The notes: generated from the letters alone by a model not told the origin. Shown: positions 37,831 to 49,842, numbered from the stretch's first letter. The stretch is DNA of 64,000 bases from Octopus sinensis (GCF_006345805.1 NC_043000.1:60636001-60700000), one strand, 5' to 3'. Made by a program: numbers and translations.

Positions 37831-40514
37831 CATGAAAATAATATATACATATAACAGTTGAAGGTTTTCTTAAGAAGTATATCGAAATATACACGATATC
37901 TTTGCGATGTGAAATAAACCATGCATTACAAAATTCAAATCCAACAGTGGGATTGAAAACTATTCAAGGTTTAAAAAATATATACTATCCATATGGTATT
38001 TTGTTAGCCGACATTTAAAATTTTGTTGCATGTCTGTAGGAATTTAAGAGTTCGCGTCTTTGATTCCAAATGCTATTGTCCTGGAATAAAATATAGAATT
38101 TATCCAAATGTAAGGTGATGCTTTATCTAAAATTGTCCATGTCACGTTGAAAGGCTAGGTTTCATTTTCTTTTAATTCCCAGACATTTTGCCAGGCTGGT
38201 CTCTGTCCTATTTTTGGGGTATCGGAAGGAATTTCTATGAGAATAAATTTGGGTCTTGAAAGAATTTTCAGAAACCCCTGTGTAAGTTCTATATTCGTGT
38301 GAGCCTTCTATTTGCACTTTGGCTCTATACACAATTCCTTTCTCCAGACATTTTCCTTCCAACAGACAGGAGGTCCCATCTTTGCAATTGCAATTCTTAG
38401 GAAAAGAATCAGCACTATGGTTTGCAATTATTTTATTGTTGTGTTGGTTAATGAAAGAGGCAAAGTTTTTGCAACAAGAATATCTGATCTTAAGTGTTTC
38501 TTCTATTAAATATTCTATAAAACTTATGGTTAGGTTAAAAATGTCTAGAGACTAATTTTAAGAGTTCCCTACCTATATTTGTTTTTACAGCCATATTAAA
38601 AGCTGGGTTGAACCACAAAACCCTCCTGGTCCTAGTTCTACGTGTTGCATTAAGCTGGTTATACTGGATCTTCTCAGAGAATCCACTATTCCTTAATGCG
38701 CTATTGTAATAAGGTGCAGCATTTCAAAATGCTGCTTCATCCAAAGAAATTGACGATATTCATCTACCTACATTACTAAGTTCCTAAGAATAACTGGCAG
38801 ATGATTGGATTCTTTGCTAATATAAAATAGCTTATCATTAGGCTTATGGTAAGGTTTGAATTTATCTGACTGCAAATTTAAATTTATATCTAAGAAATCT
38901 ACACTTTTAAGGTTAGTATCTATCGTAATCCGTAAGCCCATCCTTTGGAAGAAAGCAATTAGATCTTTCCTAAGCTTATCTAATTCATGGCTGTTAAATT
39001 ATGGGTGACTATAAGGCTGTCATCCCTATATAATCCTGTGTCTATAAATGGGAATTCTAACTTTAGATTGTGTAAAATATAAGCTCCTATGAGCACACAT
39101 AACTCAGCCCTGTTGTATGCCCCCTATCGGTACATCGAAAAGAGAATCCTCCCTCTTTTTGATCCAGGTAGAATCCTCGTAAAAAAGAAATCATTTCTTT
39201 GCATGTATGATAATATCTATTTCCTAGTTATTAATGTTGACATACTGCTTGGCGAAGTCTAATGCTTTTAGGAGCAAAGGCCTGGATATTGATGGGTAAA
39301 AGTCAATAATATCAAACTGCATAAATTTGTGGTTATGGCTAATCCCTTTAAACCAGTCTATTACTAATAGATTTAAACCAATCTATTTTTCCAAATCCTT
39401 AAGTTTAATTCACTATCTAACTTAGTTAAAATATGATCTATAATATATTTGCTAATAATACCTATTTCAGTTTTAGCCAGATTAATCAATCTACATTTAG
39501 GGTTTCTATTAAAATAAGCTTTATGGTCTTTTAAGGTAATAAAAGTGATAGGATAGAATTTAAAGATTGTTAGCTATTCTTCTTGCCTCCAAATTCACCT
39601 CTTTGTATAAATTTGTGTTATCTTTTTTGTATGTATCTGTGATGCTATTCAAAATTAGACGCTTGTAAACGTCCTTATCAACTGCATATAAGTTTTTTGA
39701 TTTCTCAGAGTTATCGAAGATCTTATTCGTGTTGTTAGTTTCTCTAATTTTTTCCTTCATATCTCTCTGTAATTGGTTGATGTATTTACAGAACCTAATT
39801 TTTCTAATGAGTTCGAAAAAGTCTTTTTCGAAGGCTTCTAATTCCGGAATAGGTGGTGGGTACGTGGAAGATTTAAGTCCGTATATGTTTCCGTTAGTTT
39901 TCTGTTTAGTATCAAAGAAGAAGGCTTTCCATCCCAATCTTTGAATAAACTCTTCCTTTTTCTCTATCAGACTTTTAAGATATTGTTTCTGTGTAGGGAT
40001 AGGTATATATTTTAGAGAAAAATCCAATGGGTAAAATTCCGACATGAAAATAATATATACATATAACAGTGAAAGGTTTTCTTAAGAAATATGCTGAAAT
40101 ATACACAATATCTTTGCGATGTGAAATAAACCATGCATTACAAAATACAAATCCAACAGTGGGATTGAAAACTAGTTCAAGATTCAAAAAATATATACTA
40201 TCCATATGGTATTTTGTTAGCTGACATTTTTAATTTTGTTGCATGTCTGCAGGAATTCAAGAGTTTGCATCTTTGATTCAAAGCACTATTGTCCTGGAAT
40301 AAAATATAGAATTTTTCCAAAAGACATAAATCACATTTGATGGGTCTTTAATGCGTGCACTTTGAATCAAAGACACAAACTCTTGAATTCCTGTAGACAC
40401 GCAACAAAATTTAAAATGTCAGCTAACAAAATACCATATGGATAGTATATATTTTTTGAATCTTGAACTAGTTTTCAAGATATTTTGTAATGCATGGTTT
40501 ATTTTGCATCACAA
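37831..40514 (-). mobile_element. Penelope-like element with RT, GIY-YIG endonuclease, direct and inverted pLTRs; decayed
   Basis: FSLKYIPIP..LIEK..WKAFFF; YRDDSL near 39015; GIVYRA..YTGVSENSFK; C-terminal RRELLNSYRH. Direct repeats 37831-38107 and 40043-40320; inverted copy 40355-40514. Confidence 0.9.
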
Positions 40515-40767
40515 AATTTTAATTTTAATGTAATAATTGACTTATATTTCGTATATAATTATTTACAATATGTATTTTGAACCCACTCATTGAGTTAAGG
40601 TTTTCTTCAATGTTGCAATAGGATGAATTTATATTGAATTCATTTATTTTGTTCATTGCATGCTTAAGACCATTAATTGAAAAGACAAATGAAACAAATC
40701 GATTTTTAAAGGTGTATCCTTTAACTAGTTTTGATTATATCGTTATTTCTGTTCCATATTAACTAAA

Positions 40768-40805
40768 CTGTCTGACGAACGGTAACATGAAACTCTGAAT
40801 AACAG
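40768..40805 (+). ncRNA. Minimal hammerhead motif, mutated
   Basis: CTGT|CTGACGA|ACG GTAA CAT|GAAAC|TCTGA ATA|ACAG; stem I CTGT/ACAG is intact, single mismatches in stems II and III. Confidence 0.6.
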
Positions 40806-40837
40806 CTTTTGTTATATTTCTGCTGCTTTTAAATAAA

Positions 40838-40898
<61 letters not shown>

Positions 40899-40899
<1 letters not shown>

Positions 40900-42370
40900 A
40901 CGTGGCCGTAACCAGTACCGCATCGACTGGCCTCCGTGCTGTGGGCGCAACACACACCATCCGATCGTGGCCGTTCGCCAGCCTCATCTGGCACCTGTGC
41001 CGGTGGCACATAAAGACACCATCCGAAGACCCGGCGACGTAGTCAGTCCACCTGTGCATACCTTCCCTCTTATGACACTTGTGAAGACCTGTTGAGGCAA
41101 GTGTGTGACACTTGTGAAGACCTGTTGAGGCAGAGGCAAGTGTGTGACACTTGTGGAGACCTGTTGAGGCAAGTGTGTGACCCTTGTGAAGACCTGTTGA
41201 GGCAAGTGAAAATCAAGTGAAAATCAAACCAAATCAAAATAGATGAATATCAATGGAATTTGTATCTTTGTGGTTCCAGTACCGGTGGCACACAAGAAAA
41301 CCATCCGAACGTGGCCGTAGCTGGTACCGCATCGACTGGCCTCCGTGCTATGGGCACAACAAACACCATCTGATCGTGGCCGTTCGCCAGCCTCACCTGG
41401 CACCTGTGTCGGTGGCACATAAAAACACCATCCAAAGACCCGGCGACGTAGTCAGTCCACCTGTGCATACCTTCCCTCTTATGACACTTGTGAAGACCTG
41501 TTGAGGCAGAGGCAAGTGTGTGACACTTTGTGAAGACCTGTTGAGGCAGAGGCAAGTGTGTGACACTTGTGGAGACCTGTTGAGGCAAGTGTGTGACACG
41601 CGTGACACTTGTGAAGACCTGTTGAGGCAAGTGAAATCAAACCAAATCAAAATAGATGAACATCAATGGAATTTGTATCTATGTGGTTCCAGTACCGGTG
41701 GCACACAAGAAAACCATCCGAGCCAGCCACATCTGGCACCTGTGTCGGTGGCACATAAAGACACCATCCGAAGACCCGGCGACGTAGACAGTCCACCTGT
41801 GCATACCTTCCTTCTTGTGACACTTGTGAAGACCTGTTGAGGCAAGTGAAAATCAAATCAAATCAAATCAAATCAAAACAAATCAAAATAGATGAACATA
41901 AATGGAATTTGTATCTTTGTGGTACCAGTGCCGGTGGCACACAAGAAAATCATCCGAACGTGGCCGTAGCCAGTACCGCATAGACTGGCCTCCGTGCTTT
42001 GGGGACGTAACAAACACCATCCGATCGTGGCCGTCCGCCAGCCTCATCTGGCACCTGTGTCGGTGGCACATAAAAACACCATCCGAGCGTGGCCGTCTGC
42101 CAGCCTCGTCTGGCACCTGTGTCGGTGGCACATAAAAACACCATCCGAGCGTGGCCGTTCGCCAGCCTCGTCTGGCACCTGTGTCGGTGGCACATAAAAT
42201 CACCCACTACACTCTCGGAGTGGTTGGCGTTAGGAAGGGCATCCAGCTGTAGAAACACTGCCAGATCTGACTGGCCTGGTGCAGCCTTCGGGCTCCCCAG
42301 ACCCCAGTTGAACCGTCCAACCCATGCTAGCATGGAAAACGGACGCTAAATGATGATGATGATGATGATG
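40899..42370 (+). mobile_element. RTE 3'UTR with higher-order tandem expansion
   Basis: Units start near 40900, 41310, 41722 and 41959; internal 33-39-bp and about 60-bp subrepeats; ends with the RTE tail and (GAT)n. Confidence 0.88.
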
Positions 42371-42744
42371 ATATATATAGAGAGAGAGAGATTAGTTACA
42401 GGATTCATAAAATCCAGGCACATCAACATGTAGGATGCTAGGACTGGCTGAGTACCATAGTTTTGAGTTTACAGTAATTTAAAACAGCCATTAGGTGTCC
42501 CTTGTTGGTAGTATACTGCAGATATGCATGTGAGTGTGTGTACATATGTATGTATGTCATTATTCAGTTTTATTTCAAGATTTCTTACCAATAGATGAAG
42601 AGCCATTTTCTAACCTAGATCCAAGGCTCCTTCATTGAAATTTCAATGTCAACAACAGGGTGTTTTTGTATGCAAGTATGTATGTATATGTGCAGATTTG
42701 TATGTTTTGTTTTATGTATGTATTCTCATGCAATAGTTGCATAT

Positions 42745-43140
42745 CTAGACATGCTCATATATACTTAAATGATAAACTTCTGGAAAGTTTTACAGATATT
42801 TACAGTTCCAGTGATGGCTTGGATCTGTAGTCTTTGAATCAGCTTTCTCTTTTCTGGTTTTGAGAAACCTAATTTCTCAAGATTGGTATTTAGTCGGTGT
42901 GTTACATATCCCGCTGCCCCAATAATTACAGGTATAAACCTGATATTGTAATCTGGATAGAATAACTGCAGATTTCTCAACAGTTCAGTGTAGGTTTTCT
43001 CTTTTTCACTGATCTTCAGGTTTATATTAATATCTGCTGGGCAACTGATTTCCATAACTGTACACAGTTTCTTTTCTCTATCCCAAATCATTATATCAGC
43101 TCTATTATGTTTACATTTTATTGAGGATTTTACTGGGTCA
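42745..43140 (-). mobile_element. 3' fragment of an REL-endonuclease LINE (R4-like), distinct from the Dong at 11174
   Basis: DIMIWDREKKLCTVMEISCP.D..EKEKTY..FIPVIIGAAG..GTVNICKTF. Confidence 0.8.
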
Positions 43141-43229
43141 TTCTACCCGTACTCCTTTTTATTATGAGTGGCTATTGCTTCCAGCATACAGCATCCTAAC
43201 TACAATATCATGTCTCATCAGTAGATAAT

Positions 43230-43930
43230 ACTGTGATGACATTTTCAGACTTCCCCAAATCCACAAAATCGAAACCATAAATGAAGCCTGTAGCAAATCA
43301 ACTTTGTTAGTCATCTGAGAGATCTCAAAATGAGATCAATTGTGACCGGTCCTTCCTGTGAGACACACAGACTCAGTACCTTTATTGATGTCCTCCTAAA
43401 ACCTATTCTCCAGCAAATACCAAGCTGTATAATGGATGACCTGAACTTTTTAAACCATTTCCTGAACAAAACCAGCAAGGACTCCCTTCTGGTTTCATTC
43501 GATGTAATAAACCTCTACATCTCAATTCCTCATGAATATGGAATAGAAGCCATACAATTTTGGTTGAAAAAATCCCCAAATGACATTGGAAGAGGATTCA
43601 TCATTGAAGGACTAAAATTCATCCTACAAAACGGTTTCTTCAATTTCAATGAGAACACCTGTAGACAAAAATTGGGCATTGCAATGGAAATGAGAATAAC
43701 CCCTATTTTTGCTAACCTTGTCAGAGCATACTTGTAAGTCCAAATATACAAGCATGCTAGACTGAAATTTGGAGACAACTTTCAAAAATACTTACTTGTC
43801 AGCTGGAAATGCTACCAGGATGATTATTTCATTCTGTGGTTACATAATCTTAAGCAACTCTTTAAATTTAAAAACTTAATCAACAGTAGTAACCACAGTA
43901 TCCAAGCTGTATAATGGATGACCTGAACTT
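43230..43930 (+). mobile_element. Penelope-like RT fragment
   Basis: LPKIHK; MRSIVTGP..THRLSTFIDVLLKP; LVSFDVINLYISIPH; GIAM; a 29-bp piece of about 43420-43448 is duplicated at about 43901-43930. Confidence 0.85.
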
Positions 43931-43989
43931 GGTGCTCATGCACTGGAGAATTCAAGGTCAATCTCTGTCAAGCAGCTTCACTCTCCATG

Positions 43990-44369
43990 CTTTAGCTTCG
44001 TTACTATAGCAACAGTCCGGATACTTATTGGTCAGACCACGTATACACTACACATACATTCTCATATACACCAAGTCAAGATTGTATACATACATATACT
44101 TGCGCATCAACATACAGTCACATACGCATATAAAATCAAATATACATATCCACATACATATACACTTATATATAGCATAGATATATAGACACCTATATGT
44201 AGACATGTAAACATAGACATATACATGAACATACATATATATATGTATTTTTGTATGGGCACAAATATATGCCCTATTACATACATTCATACATACACAC
44301 ATGCATACATGTACAGATCCACTTAATCATATATATACACCATTAGAAGTTTATGTGTGTGTGTGTATA

Positions 44370-44411
<42 letters not shown>

Positions 44412-45604
44412 AAAGTTAGTCCAAACAAGAAAACAAAAAAGACAACAACGCGAGGATGTGGAACAATTAAAGTATTATTAGGCGCTCAGGAAAAAAGGGA
44501 AGAAGGAGCTCTTCGTCGGAAACATAGGAGAAAGAAAGATCCCGAGGTGGGAGGACAGAGGGAAAAAAATGCAAGTGGTCTTCACGAGGTCAACATACTG
44601 GAAAGGCGGAAGTAGTAAACAAGAGAGTGCGGGTTTTCAAAGACAAGAGAGCGGAAAAAGAAGGAAGGTAAACAACAGTGTGCGAGATGACAAGGGTGTG
44701 TGTGTGAGTGTGTGTGTATGTGTGTATATGGTGGGCGAAGGCTGGGGCAACTGCAGTAGCAACAGTGTGCAAGATGACAAGGGTGCGTGTGTGTGTATGT
44801 GTGTATATGGTGGGCGAGGGCGAAGGCTAGCGAGTGACGGGTCAGAAACAAGAAGGAATGTGTGTGTGCTTGTATATGTCTTGTGTGTGTGTTTAGTTGT
44901 AGTATGTGTGTGTACGTGTGCATTTTTTTGTGTGTATGGCGAGTAACTGTGCTTAACTAAGTGTATGTGTGGGTGTGTGTGTGTGCTTATATGTGCGTAT
45001 ATGTATGATTGTGTGCATGTATGTATGTGTGCACATGTTTTGGTGTGCGTATGTATGTGTGTGTCTGCTTATATGTGTGTACGTATGTGTATGTGTGCGT
45101 GTGCATGGAGGTATATGTTGTGTGTATGTATGTGTCGGTGTGTATGTGAGTTCGTGTGTGTTTGTACGTGTGTAAGTGTGTGTGCGTGTATTGTATATAT
45201 ATATATGTAAACTTGTGTGTGGGAGTGAATGTATGTATGTATGTGCGTGTGTGTACAAGATGTAGGGGTATTATATGTGTGTTTATATGTTTATGTGTGT
45301 GTATATATATGCATGCAAGGAAACACTTCGCAACTGAAGGAATGATGGAAAATACTCCCGCAGTGACAGGCGTAAGAGAAACCCCAGGCACAACGCACCG
45401 GCCCAGACACGAAACCGAGATATAGCCAGAACCCACAGGCGTGCATGCATGTATGTATGCGTGCGTGTGCGCGCGCATGCATGTGTGTGCGCGTGCATGT
45501 GAGTGTGTGTGTAGGTATGTGTGTGTGTATGTATGTATGTGTGAGTGTGTATGTGTGTATGTCTGTGTATGTGTCCCCGTATAAGTGTATGTAAGTATAT
45601 ATAT

Positions 45605-45654
<50 letters not shown>

Positions 45655-45890
45655 ATATTTTTTCATGTGTCATCTCTTTGTTCCTATTACTGCTCTATAC
45701 ACATCTAACATTGTGTTCTACACCAGGTTATTAGTCCCGCTATGCCTAAGCAAAATATTAATACAGAGAGAGAGACACACACACACACACACACACACCT
45801 TTCTGTCTGTTTGTCTACACATACACAAACCACAGCCATATCTATCTGTCTGTCTATCTATCTATTTATCTATCTATCTATATATATATA
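43990..45890. repeat. Degenerate (CA/TG)n, (TA)n, (TATG)n and (TCTA)n microsatellite field
   Basis: Direct reading; source of the HTY/VCVC ORFs. Confidence 0.93.
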
Positions 45891-45898
45891 TATGTATA

Positions 45899-46980
45899 CA
45901 AGGGTTGAACAAAATTATGGAAATACCTAGCATCATATCTATAAAACCATCAAAATCTTGTTTATTTTTATGTTTTTTTATTTAATTATTTGTTTTGATG
46001 AAATTGCTGTTTCTTTTCAGATATCATCAGACAAAGGTAATTAAAATTCATTAAAATGACAGATCTATTGGACTTTCAAAGATGTCAAATTGTTGGTGCT
46101 TGTATGGCAAGCACTAGCATAACAAAAACAGCCGAAATGTTTGGTGTATCAAGAAGTACTGTCTTGAAAGTAATGACAGCTTTGAGAAAGAGGGAAAACC
46201 CTTCTCATTGAAACAAAACTCCGAACGAAAACCAAAACTTTCAGATAGGAACCACTGGACTCTTACACGAATTGTTAGAAAGGATCACAAAAGTACAGCT
46301 CTCAAAATTATTGCAGAGCTTAATGACCACCTCGAAAACCCAGTTTCCACAAAAACTGTTCACCAGGAGCTGCACAAAGCCAGGTTACATGTGAGGGCTG
46401 CAATCAGAAAACCACTACTTTCAAAAACAAACATTGCAAAGCATTTAGAGTGGAGTAAGAACCTACAGAATTGGTCCCTAGAACAGTGGCAGAATGTTAT
46501 TTTCTCAGACGAGTCATCCTTTACTTTATTTCTGACCACTAGCTGGGTATATGTGTGGAGACAACCAAAAGAGGCATTTGACCCAGACTGTCTTCTTCCA
46601 ACTGTTAAACATGGAGGAGGATCTGAGGGGCTATATCTTGGAAGTCTGCCAGCCCAGTGGTTTCCCTTCATGGCAGAATTAATAGTCAAGACTATTTAAG
46701 CATTTTATCTCATCAAATTCATCCTATGGCTGTGCAACTGTTTCTGGAGGGAAATGCAATCTTTCATGATGATTATGCAGCTATTCACACAGCTAAAGTT
46801 GTTACTGAATGGCATGAGAAACATTCTAGTGAAGTTGAACATCTTATCTGGCCACCACAGTCCCCAGATCTCAATATTATTAAACATTCATGGTGCATTT
46901 TAGATAAACAGGTAAGGACTCGATATGCACCAATTCACACAGCTAAAGTTGTTACTGAATGGCACAAGGAACATTCTTGT
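45899..46980 (+). mobile_element. Tc1-like transposon, decayed, right end missing
   Basis: TA|CAAGGGTTGAACAAAATTATGGAAATACC TIR; MTDL.DFQ..RKPLL..VIFSDES..TVKHGGGS..DDYAAIH..WPPQSPDLNIIKH (DD34E-type catalytic region). Confidence 0.92.
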
Positions 46981-48025
46981 GATCTGGCATCCGTGCTAGT
47001 GGAGCGCTAAGAATACCATACAAGCGTGATCGTTGCCAGAGCAACAAGCTGGCCCCCATGCCGATGGCACGTAAAAAGCACCATTCGAGCGTGATCGTTA
47101 CCTGTGTTGCCTTACTGGCACTTGTGCTGGTGGCACTTGAAAAAACATTCGAGCAAGGTTGTTGCCAGTGCCGCTGGTCTGGCTCCTGTGCAGGTGGCAC
47201 ATAAAAAGCATCATTTGGGCATGGCCATTACCAGTACCGCCTAACTGGCCCTCGTGCAGGTGACGCGTAAAAGCAACCACTACACTCACGGAGTGGTTGG
47301 CGTTAGGAAGGGCATCCAGCTGTAGAAACTCTGCCAGATCAGATTGGAGTCTGGTGCAGCCATCTGGTTTGCCAGACCTCAGTCAAATCGTCCAACCCAT
47401 GCCACCATGGAAAGCGGACGTTAAACAATGATGATGATGATGATGATGTATGTATATATATCAGCTTCGTACTGGGGTCAATGTAATCATCTAGCCCCCT
47501 TCCCCCTAAAAGTTTATGGCCTTGTACCTTGAGTTGAAATAATTGAGAATCTAAACTGTCCAACAAATGGTAACATGAAACTCTGAGTAGCAGCTTTTTG
47601 TGATGTTTTTACAGCTTTAATAATGATAAAGCATATTCCTCTTCCCCTGGTATTCGAGTACTGTTTTCCCCACCTTGTTTCACATTTATGTGCTTACTTT
47701 GATGTGTGTATGTGAGTGAGTGTGTGTGTGTATACTTTGGGCTTGCTACAGTTTCCATCTACCAAATTCACTCAAATGGCATTAGTCAACCGAGGGCTAT
47801 AGTAGAAGATATCTGCTCAGAATGCTGTATAGTGAGATTGCATTGGAGACGACATGGTTGCAAGGTGAACTTCTGGACCACATATTTGTTCTTTCATTTT
47901 CTAAAGAATTTGAAATCATAATACATGAAATTACATCAGATGGTAGCATAACACCTTATCTATGTCAACTAATTTTCCTCACTGTTTGCTTGCAATTAAA
48001 TTCTAATTTTTATTTTTGCTCTTAG

Positions 48026-48139
48026 AACACCTACTTTCCAAATGCTAGATGTCCTGCAAAATTTAGATGGACTTGAAAGACCTATAATTCATTTTGAGGA
48101 TGCGTACCAAGTTATTCCTTGGGTTAGTTGTTCAAGCGA
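48026..48139 (+). CDS. Coding exon 2 of the cystine-knot protein
   Basis: TTTTTATTTTTGCTCTTAG| 114 nt (phase 2 to 2) |GTAAGT; TPTFQMLDVLQNLDGLERPIIHFEDAYQVIPWVSCSS(E). Confidence 0.88.
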
Positions 48140-48169
48140 GTAAGTAGACAGATCAAAGACATATCTCAT

Positions 48170-48655
48170 CCTTCTTCCATCTACCATCCTAACCATTTGT
48201 ATATTTCTTTCATGTAACTTTTCATTCTATTCTCTTTTCCTCTTTCTCTTTTTCCATCATCTTTTTTGTCATTTCTTTTGTCTTTTTCTTTATTATTGTT
48301 TTTGTAGTTTTCATGCTCTTTCTTTTGAGTCTTCCTTCTTTCTTCATATTCTTCCCCTTCTTCCTTCTCCTCCTCCACCTTCTCTCCTCTTTCTTCTCTT
48401 CTCTGCCTTCTTCTCCTCTCCTTCTCTCCTCTTCACCCTCTGTCCTCTTTCTTCTCCTCTCCTCCTCTCCCCCTCTCCTCTTTCTTCTCCTTTCTTTCTC
48501 TCCTCTTTCTTCTTTCTTTTTCTCCTCTTTCCTTCCTCACTCACCTTTCTCCTTCCATTTCTCACCCTCCCTCCTACTTTCCCCTCCTCCAGCTCTTCCA
48601 CCTCCTCCAGCTCTTCCACCCCCTCCTCCTTTTCCATTCTTCTTTTTTGTTTTGT
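48170..48655. repeat. Polypyrimidine (TCT/CTT/CCT) low-complexity tract in intron 2
   Basis: Direct reading; gives the spurious LLSS/EEKR ORFs. Confidence 0.93.
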
Positions 48656-49140
48656 TCCTGGATCTTGGAAATGAAATGAAGATGGAAAGTAAATAAAACG
48701 TTTTCGTAACTTAAGAGCTATGCTGAGTGGAAAAGGTGCATCCAAATGAGCAACAGAGGCATGAATATGATGCAGAACAATGTTTGACAGTATAATGATT
48801 ATGGGTTTGATGTGTTGATGCCAAGGTCAAGGAAATGACATCAGTTGATGCTCCAGCCCAAATGTGACAGCATTTTCTGTATAGTGGTGAATAAATGCTT
48901 AATGAATATTAAGAATGCAATCAGAGAAAAGATGGTCAGCTCAATAAAAAAATATTTTTTATCTGTTATATACTTTTTAATATTTGCTGTTAGAAAAAAT
49001 TTTAAGTTTGCAAATTTTGGCATTTATAGAATAAGTTCATGATGTGGTAATTATACTATTAGAGTAAGAAAATAACATTTGCTAATGAGTGTGGACATGA
49101 ATACCTAAAATTATTCTCATTGCACTTTGTTTTTGTTTAG

Positions 49141-49270
49141 GGGTCTTTGTCCTGAATGCAGATCAAGGAACAGAACAATTTCCTTGCTGGCCTGGGAAAA
49201 TGCAACCGAATTGACACCAACTTTTGACTTATTCTCTGTCCCTCTTTATTGCACATGTATTCCTGGCTAG
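49141..49270 (+). CDS. Coding exon 3 (terminal) of the cystine-knot protein
   Basis: CTTTGTTTTTGTTTAG|G then GLCPECRSRNRTISLLAWENATELTPTFDLFSVPLYCTCIPG-TAG; the phase fits exon 2. Confidence 0.88.
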
Positions 49271-49388
49271 ACTGTGTTAAAGCAATCCAAACATTTCAAG
49301 CATTATCATTTAAATACTTTACATCTTTCTTGAAAGTAGTACATTGTATACATTTCATTATATTGATTGCGTTGTACTCATTCATTAT

Positions 49389-49394
49389 AATAAA
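49389..49394 (+). terminator. Candidate polyadenylation signal of the cystine-knot gene
   Basis: AATAAA about 120 nt after the stop codon, in AT-rich unique sequence. Confidence 0.55.
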
Positions 49395-49707
49395 CTATAT
49401 TTCTGAGATATGTGTCTGTAATGTTATGCTGATATTAAGTATATTTGTATGATGTTTTTTGTATATTTACTAATGATAAAATAGTAGGTACAGGTTGTGT
49501 AGTTAAAAAGTTTGTTTCCCTTCAGTGTGTTTGGAGACCACTACCACTGAAGAACATCCTGAGTAAGTGTCTTCTACTATAGAACTAGGGTGACCAAATC
49601 CTTGGAACTGGATATAGTAGGTGGAAACTGAAAGAATTATACGAACAGAAAATCTCTGTTTTCAAACAACTCTGATCATGAATAAATCGTGCTTTATATA
49701 TATATTA

Positions 49708-49837
49708 AATTAGAGATAAAACCACTATTAGGCAAATCAAACAGTGAAAATCATAAACCAATACATAGAAATGGTTGATTTCTATGTATTGGTTTATGAT
49801 TTTCACTGTTTGATTTGCCTAATAGTGGTTTTATCTC

Positions 49838-49842
<5 letters not shown>
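49708..49842. repeat. Perfect palindrome with 65-bp arms and 5-nt loop
   Basis: 49708-49772 is the exact reverse complement of 49778-49842; loop GGTTG. Confidence 0.95.

Noticed and set aside
40899-42210. Regular 33-60 bp repeats resembling a CRISPR array
   Set aside because: No unique spacers, eukaryotic context and no cas genes; they are RTE 3'UTR subrepeats.
44480-44530. CCGACGA-GAGCTC hammerhead-like piece on the minus strand
   Set aside because: The core is mutated and the GAAA half is missing; not supportable as a ribozyme.
44048-45985. Many 60-228 aa His/Thr/Tyr or Val/Cys-rich ORFs
   Set aside because: Translations of degenerate dinucleotide and tetranucleotide repeats.
48181-48745. 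Leu/Ser/Pro-rich and Glu/Arg-rich ORFs
   Set aside because: Polypyrimidine tract inside intron 2 of the cystine-knot gene.
33311-49270. IL-17-like identity for the cystine-knot protein (IL-17 genes are expanded in octopus)
   Set aside because: Lacks the IL-17 RSxSPW and RxP motifs and cysteine spacing; fits the Spaetzle-type pattern better.
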